Shown here: piece after piece, positions 25,793 through 32,000 of the stretch
How positions within the stretch are numbered: the stretch's first letter is position 1
Layout: each line of letters starts with the position of its first letter
Source: Longivirga aurantiaca
GTDB lineage: Bacteria > Actinomycetota > Actinomycetes > S36-B12 > CAIYMF01
Length of the DNA: 32,000 bases
NCBI RefSeq assembly: GCF_042660085.1
Contig: NZ_JBHSTI010000008.1
Coordinates: 1,050,001 to 1,082,000 of the forward strand
Direction: 5' to 3'
Translations under genes and position numbers: made by a program
The notes under the pieces: model-generated
The model's input: only the letters and a program-made list of their open reading frames with translations
The model's database searches: none
What the model was told of the DNA's origin: nothing

Positions 25793-27312
25793 ACCAGCAA
25801 GCCCTGTCCGTGCTCGTCGAAGCCGTTGTCGTCGCGGCGGGGCCGGTAGCTGTCGAGGGCGTCGCTCTGCCCGGTGCGAAGGTCGTCGTCGGGGACGTCG
25901 ACCTCGTAGGCGAACTTGCCGCCGGGAAGCTTGCGCTTGTGCAGCTTGCTGGTGTCGGGGTCCTGCTTGTGGATGCGCTTGACGGACGAGACGTTCTTCA
26001 GAGCACGTGCCTGGTCGGCGCGGCGCTGCTTGAGGAAGGCCTCCTGGTCCTCGGGCTGGAGGTGGTCTGATGGGTAGGCGGTTCCGACGTGCTTGCCGTC
26101 GTGGAAGACCTCGATGAAGTCGCGCATGTGGGGCAGGTAGCGGACCTCGACCTGCTTGCCGATGAGGCGGTCGAGCTCGCCGTGCAGGGTGACGTAGTCC
26201 AGGCTCTTCCAGCGCACGCCTTGCACGGAGACGGTGGCTTTGGAGTCGGAGAGCAGGAAGTCGCACCAGAGCTGGTCGGCGGGGACGGTGACCAGGTCCC
26301 GGGGGTCGGCCTGCCACGCCTGCAGCGGGGTCATGCCCAGGGTGCGCACGACGTGCTCGGTGTTGTACCAGTCCAGCCAGGCCGTGACTCGCTCGACGAA
26401 CGCGACCTCGGACAGGGCGTACTGGGCGCGGTGCAGGGTGCCGCGGACGTCGGTGCCGGAGTCGATGTAGCCCGGCAGGGAGGCCAGGCAGTTCCCCTTG
26501 AAGGTCCGCCAGAACCGCTCGCACCTGCCTTTGAGGTTGGGGCTGTACGGGGGGAGCGGTGAGGGTGTGGTACCCAGTCGCAGGCAGGACTCGGTGACCA
26601 GGGTGGAGAGGAAGTCCTTGCCCTGGTCCCACACGATCCGGAACGGGAGCCCACCGACGCGGGTGTGGCCGTCGGCTGCGGTGCGCTCCAGGATGGCGGA
26701 GATGAACGCGACGCGGACCTCCTCCGCCGACGGGGTGCCGAAGGTGATCACCAGGCTGAGCACGTAGCGGGTCGCATGATCGACGACCACGGTGATGTAG
26801 GGCCGTGTTGCCCGCTTGTGCCCGGTGGGGATCACGTAGATGGGGCACTCGGTGTGGTCGGTCTCGTAGGTGTGGCCGCGCTCGCCGGGGTCCCGCTTGA
26901 GGTAGACGCGTCGCGAGCGCGCCTTGCCGTCACCGTGCCGGATGACAGTCATGGCGTGCTGGCCCAGCAGCGAGTTCACCTTGCGCTGAAATGTGGCCAG
27001 GCTGGGCAGGTTCTTGGTTGCCTTGAGGTTGCGGTACGCCTTGGCGAGGTTCCCTGAGCACCGGGCGACCTCGTTGACGACCTCACCGTCCAGCAGCCAC
27101 CCGTCCTTGGCTTCGGTCTGCAGTTCGCGGTCGTGGCGGGCCGCCCTGAGGGCCGCGACGAGCCTTCTGAGGTGCCGGACTGAGTAGCCGCTGGCTTCGG
27201 CAGCGACGCTGAACAGGGTGCCGTCCAGGTCGACGCCGGCGGCCTCGAGGGCGAATAGTTCGGCGATGACCCTGTCTCGACCATCTCGGTGCAGGGCGGG
27301 CTTGTTGCTCAT
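25789..27312 (-). CDS. Mu/TnsB-type DDE transposase (rve integrase core, Mu C-terminal-like)
   Basis: YETDHTECPIYVIPTG...ITVVVDHATRYVLSLVITFG; FRIVWDQGKDFLSTLVTESC; PYSPNLKGRCERFWRTFK supplies the D-D-E; C-terminal VQGVRWKSLDYVTLHGELDRLIGKQVEVRYLPHM. Confidence 0.92.
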   Translation of the reverse strand: MSNKPALHRDGRDRVIAELFALEAAGVDLDGTLFSVAAEASGYSVRHLRRLVAALRAARHDRELQTEAKDGWLLDGEVVNEVARCSGNLAKAYRNLKATKNLPSLATFQRKVNSLLGQHAMTVIRHGDGKARSRRVYLKRDPGERGHTYETDHTECPIYVIPTGHKRATRPYITVVVDHATRYVLSLVITFGTPSAEEVRVAFISAILERTAADGHTRVGGLPFRIVWDQGKDFLSTLVTESCLRLGTTPSPLPPYSPNLKGRCERFWRTFKGNCLASLPGYIDSGTDVRGTLHRAQYALSEVAFVERVTAWLDWYNTEHVVRTLGMTPLQAWQADPRDLVTVPADQLWCDFLLSDSKATVSVQGVRWKSLDYVTLHGELDRLIGKQVEVRYLPHMRDFIEVFHDGKHVGTAYPSDHLQPEDQEAFLKQRRADQARALKNVSSVKRIHKQDPDTSKLHKRKLPGGKFAYEVDVPDDDLRTGQSDALDSYRPRRDDNGFDEHGQGLLV

Positions 27313-27466
27313 GGGTCTGGTCCTTCGCTATGCGGGTTGCGGCGGGCAGCGTGGGGGAGCGACTGCTCGCAGCTGACGTGACTGATCGTCGGCGGATCGC
27401 GGCCGGTGGCTTCAGCCCGTCGCCGAGCGGTGTGCGGGCGTTGATGTTCCGTTGGGGCCGGCTGCG

Positions 27467-27940
27467 TCAGGCGGACTTGCTGTGTGCGATGACGCAGGAC
27501 AGCTCAGGTGCGCGGGGGACCAGAACTCGCATCCGAACCACGTCCGGTCCGTGGACGGCTACGGCGCGCGCCCGGAGATTCGCCGCGGCTGCGGCCACCT
27601 GCGCATCGGTGGGCCGGGTGTCGGCCAGCACCGTGTCGGCGATGACCGCTCCGGTGCCGTCGGCCCAGATCAGGTCGGTGGCCTCGGGGTTCAGGCACAG
27701 GTCACGGCCGACGAAGCGCCAGGGCGCGGCTGGTGCGTACAGCCGGAAGTAGCCAGCGACTGCTCCGGCCACGGCCTGCGTGGCCACCTGGGCCGGGATG
27801 CTCTGGCGGGATCCGATGCGCCGCCGGGTCGCCGCCATGACGACGGTGACGTCGGGCGTACTGGTGTGGCTAGCGAGATCGGCGATCACCTCGCGGCAGA
27901 CCTCGGACCTCGTTCGGTGGGGTGCGGGTGCTCTGCTCAC
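27467..27940 (-). CDS. Paralogue of the neighbouring RecB-like nuclease lacking recognisable catalytic residues
   Basis: GTG start; APWRFVGRDLCLNPEATDLIWADGTGAVIADTVLADTR aligns by eye with PPWTFVGAEVTRPGVRFDVLWVHAGTGELMVDEIKTGQ of 28001-28573. Confidence 0.65.
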   Translation of the reverse strand: MSRAPAPHRTRSEVCREVIADLASHTSTPDVTVVMAATRRRIGSRQSIPAQVATQAVAGAVAGYFRLYAPAAPWRFVGRDLCLNPEATDLIWADGTGAVIADTVLADTRPTDAQVAAAAANLRARAVAVHGPDVVRMRVLVPRAPELSCVIAHSKSA

Positions 27941-28000
27941 GCACCCCGACAGTCAGCCCCTGCACCCGGGCTGCAGCCGGCTCCGCCCGCTGCGAGGGTG

Positions 28001-28573
28001 TCAGCTCGGGGGAGGAGCTCTCTCGGGCTCCGCCGGCAGCTGCCCGATGCTCCGGTTGCTCGTGAGCGTCCAGGACGTGCTCGGCGCGCGGGTCGAGAGC
28101 GCGCGGACCCGTGCCGAGGCATGCCCGTCCTCGCGCAGCGCACGCAGATACCGCTCAGCCTGAGCGCGTGTGGAGGGCAGAACCACACCGGACTGCCCGG
28201 TCTTGATCTCGTCGACCATCAGCTCCCCAGTGCCCGCATGCACCCAGAGCACGTCGAAGCGCACTCCCGGTCGGGTCACCTCAGCGCCCACAAACGTCCA
28301 GGGAGGCGCCGGCGCCTGCTCGAGGTAGATCAATGCGGCGGCGGTGATGGTCTGGCGGGCCGCACGATCCCGGTACCCGTCGAGCTTCATTCGGTGATCG
28401 ACTGCCGCGATCACTCGGCGCCAGGTCCCTGTGGGGTCGATGCAAGGGTCGTCGGTGGTGCTGAGCAGGTCGGCGATGACTCGATGGGCCAGCTGGCCGA
28501 CCTGGGCGGGTTGTGGCGTCTTCCACTTCCGGGCCATCACCGGGAGCCACCAGATCCGACTGGCACGCGACAA
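28001..28573 (-). CDS. RecB/Cas4-like PD-(D/E)XK nuclease family protein
   Basis: GQLAHRVIADLL (His motif), GVRFDVLWVHAGTGELMVDEIKTGQ (D...(D/E)xK), RAQAERYLRAL (Qx3Y). TTG start at 28573 or ATG at 28537. Confidence 0.7.
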   Translation of the reverse strand: MSRASRIWWLPVMARKWKTPQPAQVGQLAHRVIADLLSTTDDPCIDPTGTWRRVIAAVDHRMKLDGYRDRAARQTITAAALIYLEQAPAPPWTFVGAEVTRPGVRFDVLWVHAGTGELMVDEIKTGQSGVVLPSTRAQAERYLRALREDGHASARVRALSTRAPSTSWTLTSNRSIGQLPAEPERAPPPS

Positions 28574-28579
28574 CTGCGG

Positions 28580-28912
28580 TCAGGGCTCGAGCTCGTCCAC
28601 GAGGCCGAGCATGAGGGCGTGGGCGGCCAGCAGCGTGTTCTCCCGCATCCACGAACGGCCTGACAGGCAGTCGCTCCAGTGCTGCCGCGAGAAACCGAAC
28701 GTCCGGCCCAGTGCAGCACCTGGTCCTGCACCGGGCGTGGCGCGAACGAGCAGCAGCAGGGCGATCCGGTGCTGGACGACGGCGGCTCGCTGGGACGCCA
28801 GGTCCCCCAGCGCGGGGAGGTGCACGACTGCCGAGTCCAGGACCCCGAACTCGTGAGGGTCTCGAAAGTAGTCGCGCGGTCGAAGCGTGCGGTGGTGAGT
28901 CTTCTTGGGCAT
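28580..28912 (-). CDS. Small HTH-like protein (110 aa)
   Basis: MPKKTHHRTLRPRDYFRDPHEFGVLDSAVVHLPALGDLASQRAAVV...LGRTFGFSRQHWSDCLSGRSWMRENTLLAAHALM; ends 6 nt before the nuclease start. ORF extends further upstream to 29167. Confidence 0.6.
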   Translation of the reverse strand: MPKKTHHRTLRPRDYFRDPHEFGVLDSAVVHLPALGDLASQRAAVVQHRIALLLLVRATPGAGPGAALGRTFGFSRQHWSDCLSGRSWMRENTLLAAHALMLGLVDELEP

Positions 28913-29210
28913 GCCCACCGTCGTGCTGCGGCCACCCGCTGGGGCAGCCGGCACCGGTCGTGGTGTGCATCCGTCACTGCTGAATGGCAGCACGGCACCG
29001 GCGATTTCGTGGAGTCGGCGAGGAGTCGTCCAGGTGGCTCGCACAGTGGCGGACAACGGCCCCTCCTTCCCGAGTCGGATACCTCCGGGCATCGCCGAAG
29101 CGGTCGCCTCGGCCGCCCCTGTGACCGCTGTCGGCGTGGCGGTCCCCGCGCCCCGGACGCAGGGCACCTAGGCTGGATAGGCACCGCTGTTCGACCGCGG
29201 TGAAGAGTCT

Positions 29211-29248
29211 CGGGTGGGGCTGTCGTGGGGAAGCGATAGCCCCACCCG
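29211..29248. repeat. Hairpin upstream of the - strand cassette
   Basis: cgggtggggctgtcg-tggggaag-cgatagccccacccg: 15-bp arms with one g/t mismatch, 8-nt loop. Confidence 0.7.
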
Positions 29249-29310
29249 ACCTCTGTCTAACCCCGTCGAGACCGGGTCACGGAGCGGGCTGCATTGGCCG
29301 CCGCCACTCG

Positions 29311-29619
29311 TCACTGTCCCGGGCCGGTCATGATCAAGGGCGTCAGAGCCGTCAGCTCAACGCGGTCCAGCGCGGCCGAGAGCAACGTCGACCTGAATGT
29401 CGTGTCCTCGAGTCCCCAGATGACCTGCACCCGCACCCCGTCGGCGCTGCGGTGCAGCACGACCCCCTCCAGCGGCCGCCAGGTGCCGTCCATGCCGACG
29501 TTCTTCGTCGGGAGCCGACCGGCGTGGCTCCCTAGGCGTCGCGCTCGTCGACGGCCGACGTCGAACTCGTACACGCTTCCGCTGAGCGTGTGCAGCAAGG
29601 TGGTGTCCACGTTCGCCAT
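29311..29619 (-). CDS. Hypothetical protein (102 aa)
   Basis: MANVDTTLLHTLSGSVYEFDVGRRRARRLGSHAGRLPTKNVGMDGTWRPLEGVVLHRSADGVRVQVIWGLEDTTFRSTLLSAALDRVELTALTPLIMTGPGQ; amphipathic, protein-like composition. Confidence 0.55.
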   Translation of the reverse strand: MANVDTTLLHTLSGSVYEFDVGRRRARRLGSHAGRLPTKNVGMDGTWRPLEGVVLHRSADGVRVQVIWGLEDTTFRSTLLSAALDRVELTALTPLIMTGPGQ

Positions 29620-29779
29620 GCTGCCTCGCCCCGCTGACACCACACCCGTCCACAAGGTCGGCGTGAGCCACGAACGGGTCCTTGGACAACGTGATTCGGG
29701 CTGGAACCTGGTGCCGGTTGCCGCGTCCGTCACGCCGGTCACCGTGCTCGGGACATATCCCCCGAGACTAGGAGCCGCC

Positions 29780-30280
29780 GTGAACATCCACGATGTCGAG
29801 CAGGAGCTCGACCTGATCCGCCGCATCGACCCTGAGGTGAACCTGAGCGCGATCGCTTGCCAGCTGCTCACCGAGCTGGCTCCGATCCTGAGCCCGGTGC
29901 TGGACGCCGCGGCCGCGGTGCCGGTCGGGGGTGACCTCCCGGTCTGCGACCTCGACTACTTGGAGGCGCTCGTCGTCTCCTCCGGATTGGTCGACGAGCA
30001 GATCTGGTGCTACCTCGAGAGCCGCGGAGCTGTGACCCTGACCGACCGCCGTCTTGCGTGTGACCTGTGCGGAGAGCCGGCCGCCTACGACGCCCCCGTT
30101 CCGGCGCACGGCGGCCGCTGGGCCAACCTGTGCGGGACCTGCTGGTCCGATCACACCGACAACATCCTGGGCTACGGCCGGGGCCAGGTCGTCGCGACGC
30201 GGGATGCCATGCCGATCGCCGTCGCCGAACGCTGGGCGGCGCTCGCTCGGTCACCGGGCCGACCGGGTGACGGAAGCTGA
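29780..30280 (+). CDS. Small putative zinc-binding protein (166 aa)
   Basis: GTG start; VNIHDVEQELDLIRRIDPEVNLSAIACQLLTEL...CDLCGEPAAYDAPVPAHGGRWANLCGTCW (CxxC...CxxC). Confidence 0.6.
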   Translation: MNIHDVEQELDLIRRIDPEVNLSAIACQLLTELAPILSPVLDAAAAVPVGGDLPVCDLDYLEALVVSSGLVDEQIWCYLESRGAVTLTDRRLACDLCGEPAAYDAPVPAHGGRWANLCGTCWSDHTDNILGYGRGQVVATRDAMPIAVAERWAALARSPGRPGDGS

Positions 30281-30688
30281 GGTTCGACGCGCATCAGGCT
30301 CGGGGCCGTCTCTATCCTCGTAGCGCACGCGGCCCGAGGTGCACGCACGACATCGCTGACTGGGAGGCCGCCCCACCAGCCGTCCGGCCAGACGACGCCC
30401 CGGTACCGGGCTACCCGCGTCTGCGACCCATGGCCTGCGTCCTCTGCCGCGGTGGGGGACGTGGCCACGGGCGGCTCGCCACGTGGCACTAACCTGGGCC
30501 ATCTGCGCACGCCTAGAGGTTCTGGATCCCGGGACGCCGAGCTCTCGGCACAGGTCCCTGATGTCACCAAGGCGGGCCCGCTCGGCTTGCCACAGGCCCG
30601 GCGGCGCTACTTTCCGCGGACTAAGGAACCAGGCCTTCATCCGCCATGTCCGGGTGAGTCCAGGGCGCTCCGCCCACCTTTGGGAGAC

Positions 30689-31909
30689 TCAGGCGCTCAG
30701 CGTGCTGGCGCCGTCCGTGGGCAGGAGCTCTGCCGCCAGCAGCGACATCGACGTGAGTATGTCGTTGGGTGAGGCGGCGAGATCGATGTGCCGTACGTGC
30801 AGTCGAGGTCCCTCATCGATGACCTGGTGGGTCCGAGCCTCGGGCGGCCCGAACGCATAGATGAGCCAGGCATCGTCCAGGCCGGTAGCGGTGGCGTAGG
30901 CGTGCAGCTGATAGAGGTCCGGGTTGGCGCCCGGGCCAGTGTCACGCTTGTACTTGACGTCGCCGACGAACCGCCACGTGCCGTGGTGGTGCCATGACAG
31001 GTCCGGCTTGAGACGCACCCGTCCCTTCACATCCAAACGGAGTGGCGCACAGTGGTCGCCGTCGGGGAACTCCTCCGGGCTCAGGTGGGCCGCTTCGCGC
31101 AACGCCGCGCGAATGAAGTCTTCGAAGACAACGGTGAGATCGATGCGCAGCAAGTCCGTTGATGCGTTTCCGGCACCCAGCTCCGGGCTGGCTCCGCTGA
31201 GCAGGAGCCTGGCGAGCTCGACCGCCGGCCGGTAGTAGCCGTTGAGACGGGTCCAGGTGATGCTCGGGATCCGACTGCGGTGCGGCTGGAGCGGTGTGAC
31301 GTCAGGGAAGGAATCCGTGAGGCGACGCAACTCGCGGCGAGTGGCGGTGTCGCGCAGAGGGAGTCGCGCGAGCAGGAGCGCGGCGGAGAGCAGCAGCTGG
31401 TTCTCGGGAATGTCGTGGTCATGCTGGCAGTACTCGAGGGCAAGAGGTGCGCTTAGGCCAGGTCGGCGTTTGAGCTGCTCGGCGAGGTCGATGCGACCAC
31501 GGACGGTCGGCTGGGTATCGCGTACCTCGTGGTAGCCGGCCAGCAGACCGCGGCCAATGGTGCGGCGGATCGTGCGCAGATAGAGGGTGGCGACCGCGTC
31601 GACGACGTCGACGACGTCGACATGGTCGTCGATCGCCGCCTCGCCGTCCCGCCAGTGGTCAGGATCGGTGGCGTAGCCGAGCAGGAACAGGACGCGACTG
31701 ATCGGGATCTTCGGACGGATCACGATCGCAAGCCCATCGACGGTTCCGGCACCGATGATGTTGCCGGGGGTGACGTCGAACAGGTCGTTAGTCCCGGGGC
31801 TCGGCTGGACGGTGGCGGTGAACACGGTCCGCAGCAGGTCGCGCTGCGGGGGTGTGAGCCGCACGCCGGGGGTGGTGGACCACTCAGTCAGCTGGAGTCG
31901 GGTCGTCAT
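30689..31909 (-). CDS. mcrC: McrC-like component of a McrBC-type modification-dependent restriction system
   Basis: FDVTPGNIIGAGTVDGLAIVIRPKIPISRVLFLLGYA; LLAGYHEVRDTQPTVRGRIDLAEQLKRR; VFEDFIRAALREA; nuclease region RLKPDLSWHHHGTWRFVGDVKYKRDTG...DLYQLHAYATA. Confidence 0.93.
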   Translation of the reverse strand: MTTRLQLTEWSTTPGVRLTPPQRDLLRTVFTATVQPSPGTNDLFDVTPGNIIGAGTVDGLAIVIRPKIPISRVLFLLGYATDPDHWRDGEAAIDDHVDVVDVVDAVATLYLRTIRRTIGRGLLAGYHEVRDTQPTVRGRIDLAEQLKRRPGLSAPLALEYCQHDHDIPENQLLLSAALLLARLPLRDTATRRELRRLTDSFPDVTPLQPHRSRIPSITWTRLNGYYRPAVELARLLLSGASPELGAGNASTDLLRIDLTVVFEDFIRAALREAAHLSPEEFPDGDHCAPLRLDVKGRVRLKPDLSWHHHGTWRFVGDVKYKRDTGPGANPDLYQLHAYATATGLDDAWLIYAFGPPEARTHQVIDEGPRLHVRHIDLAASPNDILTSMSLLAAELLPTDGASTLSA

Positions 31910-32000
31910 GCGCGATTCCGACCTCCCCTCGGAGAGCGTCGAGCTCGAATGCGCGGACCCGGTCGGGTTGGCCGTAGAAGTGGTCTTCGAGGGTGGGAAG
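31884..32000 (-). CDS. mcrB: 3' end of a McrB-like GTPase gene (partial at window edge)
   Basis: Reading from the edge: LPTLEDHFYGQPDRVRAFELDALRGEVGIAHDDPTPAD*. LPTLEDHFYG resembles McrB C-termini; overlaps the mcrC start by 26 bp. Confidence 0.65.
   Translation of the reverse strand, partial: LPTLEDHFYGQPDRVRAFELDALRGEVGIAHDDPTPAD

Noticed and set aside
25013-26848. Full-length 611-aa ORF as one protein
   Set aside because: The N-terminal part is Arg/Pro-rich shadow sequence over the transposase gene; the AAA gene starts at the ATG at 25792, overlapping the transposase stop.
1-32000. tRNA/rRNA genes or prophage structural genes marking an integration site
   Set aside because: None recognised by eye. 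tRNAscan-SE/Infernal would be needed to exclude them formally.

Overview
High-GC actinobacterial window with three parts. (1) ~1-11.3 kb is ordinary chromosome: a small heat-shock protein, a membrane-anchored protein with 8 copies of a (G)GPDVAERA repeat, lexA, a divergent LysM protein with SOS boxes between them, a GT4 glycosyltransferase, an amylo-alpha-1,6-glucosidase-like enzyme, nrdR and the B12-dependent ribonucleotide reductase nrdJ. (2) After the nrdJ terminator, a defence island starts with four tightly packed + strand genes: SNF2 helicase with a DUF3883-like end, DUF1156-type DPPY methylase, DUF499-type ATPase with an N-terminal Swt1/HEPN-like RNxxxH domain, and a second SNF2 helicase with helix-hairpin-helix. 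This resembles helicase-methylase-ATPase ('Hma'-type) defence loci. (3) Meeting it tail to tail (9 bp gap) is a seven-gene - strand cassette: small HTH-like protein, RecB/Cas4-like PD-(D/E)XK nuclease, its apparently dead paralogue, an intact Mu/TnsB-type DDE transposase, an AAA protein with degenerate Walker A and B, an unrecognised 388-aa protein, and an XRE regulator. A McrC gene and the 3' end of a McrB-like gene close the window. The nuclease pair + transposase + degenerate ATPase + unknown protein is the best candidate for an undescribed system. All family calls come from reading motifs; no database search was run.
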